64,000 bases of DNA from positions 32,001 through 96,000 of the forward strand of contig CAVSGI010000017.1 in the NCBI GenBank assembly GCA_963727445.1, given 5' to 3'. The notes beneath the pieces were generated by a model that was not told the DNA's origin, did no database searches, and saw only the letters and a program-made list of their open reading frames with translations. Every line of letters starts with the position of its first letter. Within the stretch, counting starts at the first letter, position 1. The position numbers were made by a program, and so were the translations under genes. Positions 40,134 to 50,245 of this stretch are shown here, one piece after another. Source of the DNA: an uncultured delta proteobacterium. Lineage in GTDB: Bacteria; Myxococcota_A; Polyangia; Polyangiales; B10-G4.

Positions 40134-41465
40134 TTACCTCAAATCGTGACGCTTCAGGAGGCTGAAGAGGTAGCTGCGATCCATCCGCGCATTGCGCGCC
40201 GCGCGGGCCACGTTGCCCTCCGCCTCGTCGAGGATGTGGCGGATGTAGCGCGCCTCGAATTGCTCGAGCACCGCCGCACGCGCGTGCTTGTACGGAAGGC
40301 GGAGCGCCCGCGCGAGGGGGATGGCGTGGGGATCGCCGTCGGCAGCGTCCCCCGCCTCCGGCGCCTCGCCGTCGAAGAGGGGCGCCTCGCCCATCGCCAG
40401 CGTCGCGTCCACCACGTTGCGGAGCTCGCGCGCATTTCCCGGCCAGTCGTGCGCCATGAGCTTCTCCACCGTCTCGTGGGGAAAGACCTCGGAGACGCGC
40501 CCATCGTGACCGGCCTCGCGAAGGAAGTGCTCGATCAACAGCGGAATGTCCTCGGCGCGATCGCGCAGGGGCGCCACCCGCAAGGTGACCACCGCCAGGC
40601 GATAGTAGAGGTCGAGGCGAAAGCGATTGAGGTTCACCTCCGCGCGCAGATCGCGATGCGTGGCGGACACCACGCGCACATCGACGGTGATCGCCTCCTG
40701 ACCGCCCACACGCCTGAGCTGCCGGCGCTCGAGCACGCCGAGCAGAGCCGGCTGGAGCTCCGCCGGCAGCTCCCCGATCTCGTCCAGGAAAAGCGTTCCG
40801 CCCTTCGCGCGCTCGAAGGCGCCGACCCGGCGTTTGTCCGCCCCGGTGAAGGCGCCCCGCTCGTGTCCGAAGAGCTCGCTGGCGACGAGGTTCGGCGCGA
40901 GCGCCCCGCAGTCGACGACCTCGAAGGGCCCGCTCGATCGGGGGCCGAGGTCGTGAAGCGCGCGGGCGATCAGCTCTTTGCCGGTCCCGGACTCGCCGAC
41001 CACGAGCGCTGGCACGTCGCTCTTCGCCGCCTTTTCGACCTGCGCCATCAGCTGACGCATCGATCGCGAGCGACCCCGGAGGTCGCCGAGCTTTTCACCG
41101 GCGAGGAGCTCCACCGTCGCGCCCTCACCGTCGAGCACCCGAATGCGCGTGTTGCCGATGGTGAGCGTGGCGCCCGCCGGGACGGTGCAGCGCTCGACCT
41201 CGACCCCATTGACCACCGTCCGATTGGTCGAGCGATGGTCGACCACGCGCACGCCCTGAGCCGTGGCCTCGAGCTCGACGTGGTAGCGCGAGACCGTGGG
41301 ATCGCTCAGCGTCAGATCGTTGTCCTCCGCGGTGCCGACGACGAAGGTCTCGCTCCTCGCGACCGCGCTCTTGCCGGCGTCGGGGCCCTCCACCACCTCG
41401 ACGCGCAAGGTCCGAACGGGAAGGAGCGCCGCGCCGCGCTCGATGGGTGTCGTGCCCTGACTCAC
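40134..41465 (-). CDS. FHA-domain sigma54 enhancer-binding protein
   Basis: FHA DPTVSRYH..STNRT; GESGTGK; ELFGHERGAFTGA; WPGNAREL; HTH. Confidence 0.95.
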   Translation of the reverse strand: MSQGTTPIERGAALLPVRTLRVEVVEGPDAGKSAVARSETFVVGTAEDNDLTLSDPTVSRYHVELEATAQGVRVVDHRSTNRTVVNGVEVERCTVPAGATLTIGNTRIRVLDGEGATVELLAGEKLGDLRGRSRSMRQLMAQVEKAAKSDVPALVVGESGTGKELIARALHDLGPRSSGPFEVVDCGALAPNLVASELFGHERGAFTGADKRRVGAFERAKGGTLFLDEIGELPAELQPALLGVLERRQLRRVGGQEAITVDVRVVSATHRDLRAEVNLNRFRLDLYYRLAVVTLRVAPLRDRAEDIPLLIEHFLREAGHDGRVSEVFPHETVEKLMAHDWPGNARELRNVVDATLAMGEAPLFDGEAPEAGDAADGDPHAIPLARALRLPYKHARAAVLEQFEARYIRHILDEAEGNVARAARNARMDRSYLFSLLKRHDLR

Positions 41466-41485
41466 TGGCGGAGAATATCCCGGCC

Positions 41486-41542
41486 CGAACGTAGCGAACA
41501 GTGCGCGAACGTGCCGAAACGTACGTGGACGGGCGCAGAAAC
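41486..41542. promoter_or_regulatory. Candidate tandem activator half-sites
   Basis: CGAAC/CGAAAC at 41486, 41495, 41506, 41515 (about 10-bp period) and AGAAAC at 41537. Confidence 0.4.
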
Positions 41543-41620
41543 GTGGGATCGATCCCTCGGAGTGGAGCTGCAGCCACGGCCTCGAGCCTCGTTTCGCTGC
41601 GAAACTGGGCGTCCGCGAGC

Positions 41621-41636
41621 TGGTACAGCCGATGCT
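41621..41636 (+). promoter_or_regulatory. Sigma54 promoter of the right arm
   Basis: TGGTACAGCCGATGCT; palindrome GTTTCGC-T-GCGAAAC at 41591-41605. Confidence 0.65.
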
Positions 41637-41687
41637 CATGCGAGCCCCCTGAGACGCCCCACGTGTGGGGCATTGGAGGCTTTGGAT

Positions 41688-43922
41688 ATGCAGAATCGAA
41701 CTCTACTGATCGCGGCGGTGGTCGTGCTCTTCGCCGGCTGTGGCGGCGATGAAACGATGGGCGACCTCGAGGCGCCCGCCGTCGATCCCGTCGACTCCCC
41801 CACGGCGGACAACCCGCTCACGCTCACCGGAACGGGCCTCGCCGGCCTGACGCTCCAGGTGCGCGGCGGAAGCGAAGCCGTGGTCGAGGCGATGGTCGGT
41901 GCCGACGGCGCCTTCTCGATCGACGTCCCCCTCGTCGACGACTCCGAGAACGTGCTCACCGTCTCGCAGACCGATGGCACCGCCGAGAGCCCGTCGGTGA
42001 ACGTCACCGTCGTACACGACGCGACGCCCCCCGACACGCCGGTCCTCGACCCGGTGGCCACGCCGACGCGGCGGCCGCAACAGAGCATTCGGGGCAGCGC
42101 CGAGCCGGATGCCATGATCGTGATCAGTGGCGGAGCCGAGGACGCCACCGGGATGGCCGGCAGCGACGGCCGCTTCGACATCGAGGTCACCCTGGCGACC
42201 GCCGTCGCCGACATCACCGAGAACGATCTCGAGGTGGTCGCCATCGATGCCGCTGGAAACGCGAGCGATCCGGCGACCACCACCATCGTCCACAACCCGA
42301 CGCTCCCCCTCGACCCGCCCCTGCTCGACGCGCTGCCCGGCGCCACCAGCGATGCCAGCGTCTCGGTGAGCGGCACCGCCGATCCTTCGGTCGCGATCAC
42401 CATCACTGGCGGCGACGCACCGGCGATGGGTACCGCCGGCGCCGACGGAAGCTTCGCGATCGACGTGACCCTGCGGCCGAACGCCGAGAACGTGCTGAGC
42501 GTCTTCGCGGTCGTCCCGGCGACGGGCCTCTCGAGCCCGCCTGCCTCGGCGGTGGTGATCCACGACGACATCGCCCCGGACCCGCCCAACCTCGACCCGC
42601 AGGCCTCCCCGACCGGCGCGGACATGGTGCGCATCACGGGACTGACCGAGCCCCGCGCCGCCGTCACCATCGCTGGAGGCGCCGCCGAGGCGAGCGGCGA
42701 CGCCGACGAAGACGGGGCTTTCGCCATCGACGTGATGCTCAGCTCGGACGCCGACAACGAGCTGTCCGTGGTGGCCACCGACGCGGCGGGCAACGCCAGC
42801 ATGTCGTCGGGCCTGACCATCACCCAGGACAGCTCTCTGCCCGTCCCCGTGACCATCGATCCGGTGAGCTCGCCCACCGCCACGAACCCCGTGACCATCA
42901 GCGGCTCCACCGAGGCGAGCGCCGCGATCACGATCACCGGAGGCGCTGCGGACGCGACCGGCACGGCCGCATCCGATGGAACCTTCTCCATCTCGGTGAC
43001 GCTGAACGCGAACGCGCGCAACGAGCTTCACGTCACCCGCGACGGAAGCGGCGTCGATACCGTGGTGGTGATCGTGCACGACGACATGGCCCCCGCGGCG
43101 CCGGAGCTCGACCCCATCGCGTCTCCCACCAACCGCAGCACCTTCGACGTCACCGGAACGAGCGAGCCGGGCGCGCGAGTCTCGATTTCGGGTGGGACTT
43201 CTTCGGCGGCGGGGACCGCGGACGGCACCGGCCGCTTCTCCATCCCGGTGACCATCCCCGAGGACACCACCACCATGCTCAGCGTGATCGCCACCGATGG
43301 TGCGGGCAACTCATCGTCGCCAGCCACCGCGAGCGTCGAGCATTCGTCCAGCGTCCCCGACGCCCCTGTCGTCGACGATGCGGCGCCGCCGCCCACGAGC
43401 GACGCGACCCATACCGTCACCGGTCACATCACCACCCCGGCGATGGGCGTGACGATCGTGGTTCGTGGCGGCGCGATGGACGCCACCGGGCCGACCGATC
43501 CGTCGACCGGCGCCTTCGCGGTGGACGTCACGCTCATGGCGAACACCACCAACAACCTCTCGGTCGTCAGCGTGGATGGCGCGATCGAGAGTCCCCCCGC
43601 CAGCGTCACCATCGAGCACGACGACATGGCGCCGGACGCTCCGGACGGCTCTCGGATCTCCCTCGGCAGCCCGACGCTGGCGACGTGCCTTGCACGGGCC
43701 GAGACAATCAACGCGACCGGTGGGGCGATGAGCGCGGAGGCCTTCGCCCGGGTCCGGGTTCGGAACATCACCGCCGGCTCCATCAACGCCGCGACCACCG
43801 CGGGCGGCGACGGGTCCTTCTCCACTTCCATCCGCGCCTGCGACGGTGATGTGCTCCGGTTCACCGCCACGGACGCTGCGGGGAACGAGAGCGCCCCGAC
43901 CGAGCTCACCGTCTCGATGTGA
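41688..43922 (+). CDS. Lipoprotein with tandem bacterial Ig-like repeats
   Basis: RBS GGAGG; LFAGC lipobox; repeated DGxFxIDV, ATDAAGNxS, HDDxAP. Confidence 0.9.
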   Translation: MQNRTLLIAAVVVLFAGCGGDETMGDLEAPAVDPVDSPTADNPLTLTGTGLAGLTLQVRGGSEAVVEAMVGADGAFSIDVPLVDDSENVLTVSQTDGTAESPSVNVTVVHDATPPDTPVLDPVATPTRRPQQSIRGSAEPDAMIVISGGAEDATGMAGSDGRFDIEVTLATAVADITENDLEVVAIDAAGNASDPATTTIVHNPTLPLDPPLLDALPGATSDASVSVSGTADPSVAITITGGDAPAMGTAGADGSFAIDVTLRPNAENVLSVFAVVPATGLSSPPASAVVIHDDIAPDPPNLDPQASPTGADMVRITGLTEPRAAVTIAGGAAEASGDADEDGAFAIDVMLSSDADNELSVVATDAAGNASMSSGLTITQDSSLPVPVTIDPVSSPTATNPVTISGSTEASAAITITGGAADATGTAASDGTFSISVTLNANARNELHVTRDGSGVDTVVVIVHDDMAPAAPELDPIASPTNRSTFDVTGTSEPGARVSISGGTSSAAGTADGTGRFSIPVTIPEDTTTMLSVIATDGAGNSSSPATASVEHSSSVPDAPVVDDAAPPPTSDATHTVTGHITTPAMGVTIVVRGGAMDATGPTDPSTGAFAVDVTLMANTTNNLSVVSVDGAIESPPASVTIEHDDMAPDAPDGSRISLGSPTLATCLARAETINATGGAMSAEAFARVRVRNITAGSINAATTAGGDGSFSTSIRACDGDVLRFTATDAAGNESAPTELTVSM

Positions 43923-44055
43923 CCACGCCCCGGTCGCAGCTGCTAAGCTGCGGTCGGTCCGGCCGGTACCCTGGTGCAGTCCCCGTGGCTTCGCCAGGCC
44001 CGGCCGGACGATGGCGAGAGGTGCCACCACGGCCTCGCGGCCCCATGAAACTGCC

Positions 44056-44961
44056 ATGCTTGCTTTCCATCATCTGCTGAGTTGGCGTTCGCCAGTGCTT
44101 GTCATCCTCGCGCTTCTCCTCTGGCCAGGCGCCGTGCGCGCGCAGAGTGTGGCGGTAGCCACCCCAGCCGCGAGCGAAGGCGTCCCAGGCGGCCTCGCCG
44201 GCGCGGTGTCGGAGATCGCCCGACAGGTCGTCGCGGACGCCGAAGGCCTGTCGCTCGTGGGCGCGGCCGACCTGAGCATCACCGACCTGCAGCTCGCGCG
44301 CGGGTGCATCGGTGAAACGCCGGAGTGCCTGCGGCCCATCGCGGCGGACCTCTCGGCGGACGTGCTGCTCATCCCGCGCATCGACTCGGCGAGCGGCTAC
44401 GTGCTCACCCTGCTCACCTACCGTGCGACCGAGGACGCCATCACGCGCGTGGTTCGGCGCGGGGAGGAAGAGACGCTGATGGACGGCCTGCCGGCCCAGG
44501 TCCGCGAGGCTCTGGGCCTGCCCCCGCTCGAGGAGAGCGTGCCCGACGAGCCCGAGGAGGAAGTCGTCGTGCAGGACGAAGTCACGCCCCAGCCGAGGGA
44601 GGGCGCAGGCCTTGGGATCGGACCTTGGATCCTCAGCGGCGCGGGCCTCGTCGCGCTCGGTGTCGGCGTCGGCCTCGGCGCTGCGGCGACGAGCGCGCAG
44701 TCCGAGTACGAAGAGACCGTGGTCGTCACCACGAGTGACGCCGACCGCGCGCGGGACGCCTATGATCGCGCCAGCGGCATGTCCCTCGGCGCCAACATCC
44801 TCTTCGCTGCGGGCGGAGCGCTGGTGGTGGGCGGCGTGATCTGGCTGGTGGCCGCGATGCTCGGCGGAGACGACGAGGCCGCGGAAGAGGAGGATGAGCT
44901 GACCGTGACACCCACCGCTTCGACGAGCTCCTTCGGCGTCGCACTCCAGGGGAGGTTGTGA
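44056..44961 (+). CDS. Exported hypothetical protein (paralog of 38692-39585)
   Basis: Signal peptide; DLQLARGCIGETPECLR; ANILFAAGGA; terminal ALQGRL. Confidence 0.75.
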   Translation: MLAFHHLLSWRSPVLVILALLLWPGAVRAQSVAVATPAASEGVPGGLAGAVSEIARQVVADAEGLSLVGAADLSITDLQLARGCIGETPECLRPIAADLSADVLLIPRIDSASGYVLTLLTYRATEDAITRVVRRGEEETLMDGLPAQVREALGLPPLEESVPDEPEEEVVVQDEVTPQPREGAGLGIGPWILSGAGLVALGVGVGLGAAATSAQSEYEETVVVTTSDADRARDAYDRASGMSLGANILFAAGGALVVGGVIWLVAAMLGGDDEAAEEEDELTVTPTASTSSFGVALQGRL

Positions 44962-45395
44962 TGCGGGCCGTGCTCATCGCACTCGTCCTGTCGACCGCGC
45001 TCGTCGCCGGCTGTTCCCCGGACGAGACCGCGAACCCCAGCTACTGCGAGGGCGACGGTGACTGTGCAGCTGGACAGCGTTGCTATCGGCATCTTTGCGT
45101 GACGAGCGATAGCGGCGCGGCGGACAGCGCGATGGCGGACAGCGCGATGGCGGACAGCGCACCGGCAGATAGCGCGCCCGCAGACAGCGCGCCCGCAGAC
45201 AGCGCGCCGCTCGATACGGGCACCGGCTGCCCCACCGAGCTCTGCGATGGGATCTGCTGCAACTCCTTCGAGACGTGCTGCAACGACCCCTCCGCGGGGC
45301 CCACCTGCGTGGACGTGCAAACCGACAGCGATCACTGCGGCATGTGCAACCACAGCTGCGCGGCGACTCGCTGCATGAGCGGGACCTGCCTTTGA
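44958..45395 (+). CDS. Small Cys-rich lipoprotein
   Basis: LVAGC lipobox; CYRHLCV; ADSAx linker; TDSDHCGMCNHSC. Confidence 0.8.
   Translation: MMRAVLIALVLSTALVAGCSPDETANPSYCEGDGDCAAGQRCYRHLCVTSDSGAADSAMADSAMADSAPADSAPADSAPADSAPLDTGTGCPTELCDGICCNSFETCCNDPSAGPTCVDVQTDSDHCGMCNHSCAATRCMSGTCL
45120..45209 (+). repeat. 15-bp coding tandem repeat x6 (ADSAM/ADSAP)
   Basis: gcggacagcgcgatg-like units. Confidence 0.85.
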
Positions 45396-47031
45396 GCGAC
45401 GAGAGCGACGACGATCTCATCGGCGCGACCGTCGGCAGGGCGCTATCGCATCGAAGCCGAGCTCGGCCGGGGTGGCATGGGCGTCGTGTACCGCGCCGAG
45501 CACGCGGAGCTCGGACAGAAGGTCGCTCTCAAGGTGCTGACCAGCGACGTCCTCGGCACCAAGACCGCGGTGGATTGCTTCCTTCGCGAAGCGCGCACCA
45601 CCGCCTCTCTCGGGCATCCGAACATCGTCCGCGTCCAGGATCTCGGCACCCTCGATGATGGGCGGCCCTTTCTGGTCATGGAGCTGCTGAGCGGCGAAGG
45701 CCTCGACGACTTCCTCGCACGCGAGCGCAAGGTCGCGCCCGAACGCGCCGTGCCCATCTTGAAGCAGGCGGCCGCGGCGCTCGACGCCATCCACTCGCTC
45801 GGGATGGTCCACCGGGACGTGAAGCCCGAGAACCTCTTCCTGGCGCGGCACATGGATGGCAGCGAGACGGTGAAGCTCGTCGACTTCGGTCTCGTCGGCA
45901 TGAGCCGGCCAGACTTCGACGAGAAGCGCCTCACCCAGACGGGCCTGATCTACGGCACGCCGCCTTACATGGCGCCCGAGACGATGGCGGAAAAGACGCC
46001 GAGCCCCAAATGGGATGTCTACGCGCTGGCGGTCGTGCTCTACGAGCTCTTGACCGGGCGGATCCCGCTCGAGGGTGGGACGCCGCTCGAGTACCTGACG
46101 AGGCGCGCGATGGAGGACCCCCCTCGCCTCGACGAAACGGGCAGCGGCCTGTTCTCGGAGGAGGTCGAGAAGGTCGTGCGCCGTGGCCTGAACCGCTTTG
46201 CGGATGCGCGCTACGACACCGCGGGGGAGCTCGCGGCGGCCTTTGGCGCTGCCGTGGATGGCGAGGCGCCACAAGCCCAGGGCGGGGGAACCTTGCCGAT
46301 CCCCCTGGACCGGCGGCACGACACCGAGACCGCCGCGCGCGATGGAGATCCGCGGCCCTCGGTAGCCACTCCGATCCCGCTCCACGTCGGCGCCGATCCA
46401 CCGCAGGGGGACGACGGGGTCGATCTGCCGCTGAACAGCCGACGCGTGGGGCTGGCGGCGGGCGCCTTCGTCGTGCTGCTGGGCGGCAGGGATGGCCGCC
46501 TGGCTGGTATCGTCTCCGGACGACCCTGCGTCGGGGATCGCCGACGCCTCCGCCGAAGGAGATGCGCCCGCTGCAGCCATCGAAGACGCGGGCCCCGACG
46601 CAGAAAGGGCGGTGGGGTCTGGGACGCGCATCGACAGCGACGGCGGGGTCGCGGCCGTCGATGCCGCGGTCGAGGTCGACGCCGCTTCGCCGACAGTCGA
46701 GGCGGAAGGACGCCTGAATTCACGGCGTTCCCGTTCCTCCATCCACGAGACGCCCGAAGCGGATCCGCCCGAGGTCGACGTCGCCGACCTCGAAAGGCAG
46801 GCCAACCGCGCATTGACGACCGGAAACGTGGCGAGCGCACGCGCTCTCTTTCAGCAGCTGACACGAGCCGCCCCCCGCAGGGCAGCCTGCTGGCGCGGCC
46901 TCGGGGTGAGCGCCGAGCGACTGGGTCGGCGGGACGAAGCCCTGAGCGCGTATCGCCGCTACCTGACGCTCGCGCCAGGAGCGCCGGATGCTTCCGTGGT
47001 GCGACGGAAGGTCGAAGCGCTGGAGCGCTGA
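45392..47031 (+). CDS. Membrane Ser/Thr protein kinase with C-terminal TPR (frameshifts near 45438 and 46483)
   Basis: TTG start overlaps upstream stop; LGRGGMGVVY, HRDVKPEN, DFGL, GTPPYMAPE; TPR in ORF 46492-47031. Confidence 0.9.
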
Positions 47032-47145
47032 CCACCGGGCTCCGAGTCGACGCTTCGGACCATCCGGCGGAGCATCTCGACGGGCAAACCACCCGGCCGC
47101 AGACTCGATGAAGCCATCCGCTCGCTGTTCGGCTACAGTGGAGGG

Positions 47146-49149
47146 GTGTCGAACGCTCGGCGCGTCGCGTTTCTCTGCGCTCTGTTGTCCCTGACTCCGA
47201 TCGCCTCGCTCGGCTCAGCGGACTTCGAGGAGGTTGGCGCCGCCGCCGGCGTGGCCAACGACGCCGCGGCGCATGGGGGCCTCTTGTTCTGTGACCTCGA
47301 CGGGGATGGAGACCTGGACGCGCTGGTCAACACCTCGACGGTCACCCTCTACCTCCAGAACGACGGGGGAGACCCACCCGCCTTCACGGACGTGACCGAC
47401 ATGATGGCGCTGGGCCTCTCCCAACCCAGCCCGGGAGGCGACGCACGGAGCATCATCGCGGCCGACGTGACCAACGACGGTGTGGTCGACGTGCTGCGAT
47501 TCGGATTGGGCACCCTCGAGGTCTTCGAGGGCCGGGGAGACGGCTCCTTCGGCGACTCCGATCAGGCAGCCAACTTCTTCCTGGACGACACCACGCCGCA
47601 GACCTGGACGACGAACATGGAGGGCGGCGGAGTCCTCGACCTCGACGGCGACGGCTACCTCGACGTCGTAATCGAGAACGACTCCGGAATGCGCTTTCTC
47701 GAGAACCTCGCGATCGGCCGCATCGGCTTCGACTACGCGACGCCACAGCCCGCCGGGGTCAACGCCACCAACACCATGGGGATCGACCCCGACGCGGGAC
47801 GGACCGCCAACGGCGACTACATGACCGTCACCGACTTCGACGTCGACGGGCTGGTGGACTTCGCCGCGCGCATCAACCTCGGCCCCGACATCTACCGCCA
47901 GTCGAGCGTGGGCGCCTTCACCGCCCTCGACCCGGACATCGTCGCCGACAACGGCAACAAGGGCTCGATCCTCTTCTGCGATTTGGATTCGGACGGCGAC
48001 TTCGACTACCTCTTCACCGACGGTCTCTCCTCCGAGGCGGACGTGAACCACGTCTTCACCTTCGACGCGTCTGCCGGCGCCTTCGTGCGGAACGACATCG
48101 AGATTCCGTCGGGCGCCAACGGGCTCGACTGTGGTGATGTCGACAACGACGGAGACCCGGACATCTTGTGGAGTGGACCGGGCACCAAGCGCGTGCTCTT
48201 GAACCAATGGATCGAGAACGACGGCTCGGCAATCGACTTCGTGTCGATGGACCTCGGTGACGTGACCACTGGAACCGGCCAGGGCGCGGTGTTCGGGGAC
48301 TACGACCGCGACGGAGACCTCGACGCGATGGTGATTCAGGACGCCGACCCCAACCTGCTGCTCCGAAACGACACCAACGACGACAACTACGTCGTGGTGC
48401 GCGTGCGCGCCGACGTGGGATCGTGCGCCGACGGCGGGCCCGTCCTCCGCGAAGACGTGGGGGCCTTTGCCACCCTGACCTCCGCGATGGGGACCTTCCT
48501 CGGGGTGCGCGAGGTCAACGGCGGCCAGGGGCACGGTTCGCAGGGCACGGGCTGGCTGCACTGGGGCCTGCCCGAAGGCCCCACCACTGCGCACGACCTC
48601 ACCGTCACCTTCCAGAACGGAGACCATCCGCCCGCGACTCTGCGGGTGGTTCCTTCCGAGCTCGCCGCGTCGAACGCCGACGGCTACCAGCTCCTCGAGG
48701 TGGTCTCGACCGATCCCGACGGCGACTCCATCTCCACCGTGGACGAGATGAACGACGCCGCGGGCACGGACGACCTCGACGGAGACGGCTATCCCAACTG
48801 GTACGATCCCGACGCCGACGGCGATGGGCTGCCGGACGCGGCGGAGGCGGGGGACGCCGACCCGTGCACCCCCGCGGTCGACAGCGACGGCAACGGCGTG
48901 CCCGACTACCTCGAGGTGGGCCCCAACCCAGGGGACGCATCCGTCCCGGACGGGTCGGTGGACGCCGCGGTCGACGGCGGCGGCGCGGATGCCGGCGGCG
49001 GTGACGCGGGCGCCGGCGTGCGGCTTCACGGAAGCGGCTGCGTGCAGTGCGAGGTCTCGGGGCGCGGCGACGGCCTACCGGCGCTGGGCTTCGCGGGCGG
49101 GGCGGTGCTCTTGCTCTCGTGGCGTCGTCGTCGTCGTCGCCGCGGCTGA
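47146..49149 (+). CDS. FG-GAP/ASPIC-UnbV (CRTAC1-like) surface protein with MYXO-CTERM-type tail
   Basis: DLDGDGDLD repeats; GGQGHGSQ..LHWGL; DxDGDG repeats; GSGC..hydrophobic..RRRRRRR. Confidence 0.85.
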   Translation: MSNARRVAFLCALLSLTPIASLGSADFEEVGAAAGVANDAAAHGGLLFCDLDGDGDLDALVNTSTVTLYLQNDGGDPPAFTDVTDMMALGLSQPSPGGDARSIIAADVTNDGVVDVLRFGLGTLEVFEGRGDGSFGDSDQAANFFLDDTTPQTWTTNMEGGGVLDLDGDGYLDVVIENDSGMRFLENLAIGRIGFDYATPQPAGVNATNTMGIDPDAGRTANGDYMTVTDFDVDGLVDFAARINLGPDIYRQSSVGAFTALDPDIVADNGNKGSILFCDLDSDGDFDYLFTDGLSSEADVNHVFTFDASAGAFVRNDIEIPSGANGLDCGDVDNDGDPDILWSGPGTKRVLLNQWIENDGSAIDFVSMDLGDVTTGTGQGAVFGDYDRDGDLDAMVIQDADPNLLLRNDTNDDNYVVVRVRADVGSCADGGPVLREDVGAFATLTSAMGTFLGVREVNGGQGHGSQGTGWLHWGLPEGPTTAHDLTVTFQNGDHPPATLRVVPSELAASNADGYQLLEVVSTDPDGDSISTVDEMNDAAGTDDLDGDGYPNWYDPDADGDGLPDAAEAGDADPCTPAVDSDGNGVPDYLEVGPNPGDASVPDGSVDAAVDGGGADAGGGDAGAGVRLHGSGCVQCEVSGRGDGLPALGFAGGAVLLLSWRRRRRRRG

Positions 49150-49857
49150 GCCGCGCTCGCGCTCATCGATCAACGCCTCCACCCGCCCGAAGCCGGCGAG
49201 GCGTTCGTTGTCGCGGAAGTGACGGTAGCGGTTGCGGCGGACGACCCCGCGCGCGTTTCCTTCGATGGTGTAGAGGGTGTCGCCCTCCACGTGGTCGACG
49301 ATGGCGCTGTGTCCCCAGCGATTGGTGGTGACGCGGAGGTAGTCGCCCGGCTGGGGCTCGTAGGTGGCGAAATCGGGGGTGTCGCGGCTGACCCAGGCGC
49401 CATGCGCTTCGTACCAGCGCTGGATGGCGGCGTTGGTGGGGACGAGCCAGCCGCCCTGATAGCCGCCGGTGAAGGGGATGCCAGCGACTCGGTAGACCCA
49501 GGAGACGAAATCGCTGCACCAGGGCGCTTCGTCCTCGACGAAGACGGCGAGGGGGCCGGGGTTGGCCGGGCGGTCGCTCCCCACGTCCCCGAGACCGTGG
49601 CCGTCTTCGTGGACGGCGACCGTCACCACCCGGAAGCCCACCTGGGGCAGCCACCGCATGTCGTCCTCGGGGCGGGCGCGCTGGCAGCGCTGGCCGATGG
49701 CGTCGAATCCCTCGTCGCAGAGACAGAAAGCGGTGGCGCCCTCGGAAAAACACGTGCCGTGACCGCTGCAGGTGACGTTGGCGCAGGTGTCCTGGGCCGC
49801 TGCTGGGAGGCTCAGCCCCGAAACGAGCGCAATTATCCCGGCGATCGCGAGCCGCAT
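49075..49857 (-). CDS. Secreted EGF-like plus CHAP domain protein
   Basis: CANVTCSGHGTC..CLCDEGF..C; PWCSDFVSWV, GHSAIV, TIEGN. Confidence 0.85.
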   Translation of the reverse strand: MRLAIAGIIALVSGLSLPAAAQDTCANVTCSGHGTCFSEGATAFCLCDEGFDAIGQRCQRARPEDDMRWLPQVGFRVVTVAVHEDGHGLGDVGSDRPANPGPLAVFVEDEAPWCSDFVSWVYRVAGIPFTGGYQGGWLVPTNAAIQRWYEAHGAWVSRDTPDFATYEPQPGDYLRVTTNRWGHSAIVDHVEGDTLYTIEGNARGVVRRNRYRHFRDNERLAGFGRVEALIDERERGSAAATTTTTPREQEHRPAREAQRR

Positions 49858-49946
49858 GGAGGAATGGACGGCCGAGCGCCGCCGGCGATCTATCGATCCC
49901 CGCCCGAAAATTTCGTGATCGAGGCCCGAGCGGCGACGCTGGATCC

Positions 49947-50234
49947 ATGCACGATGGATGCGACGTCTGCGAGAGCTACCGGCCCGAAGCGAACCTGCGC
50001 GAGCGCCCGCTCGTCTCGGTGACTTTCAGCCAGCGGGTGGTGGTGCTCTGCGAGATGCACTGGCTCATCGCCGAGCGCGCCGGAGTCACCACCTTCGAGG
50101 CGCTGCGCGAGCACTACGGCGAGTCCGGAGAGGGCCGCCGCTCGTACGTCCCCCGCCGCTGTCGCGAGCGCCGCAGCAAAGAGCGCTCGACGGAGCGCCG
50201 CCAGGCCGGGCGACGCGCGACCGACGCCCAGTAG
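49947..50234 (+). CDS. Small putative zinc-binding protein
   Basis: CDVC...CEMH; Arg-rich tail ERRQAGRRATD. Confidence 0.6.
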   Translation: MHDGCDVCESYRPEANLRERPLVSVTFSQRVVVLCEMHWLIAERAGVTTFEALREHYGESGEGRRSYVPRRCRERRSKERSTERRQAGRRATDAQ

Positions 50235-50245
50235 GGCGCCCTCGG

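Noticed and set aside
39033..41687. Apparent 1629-aa giant ORF 39033-43922
   Set aside because: The first 885 codons are the antisense shadow of the activator operon; the real start with RBS and lipobox is 41688
47075..47110. GGGCAAACC resembling a c-di-GMP-I riboswitch start
   Set aside because: No GNRA tetraloop stem or downstream GCAAAGC element
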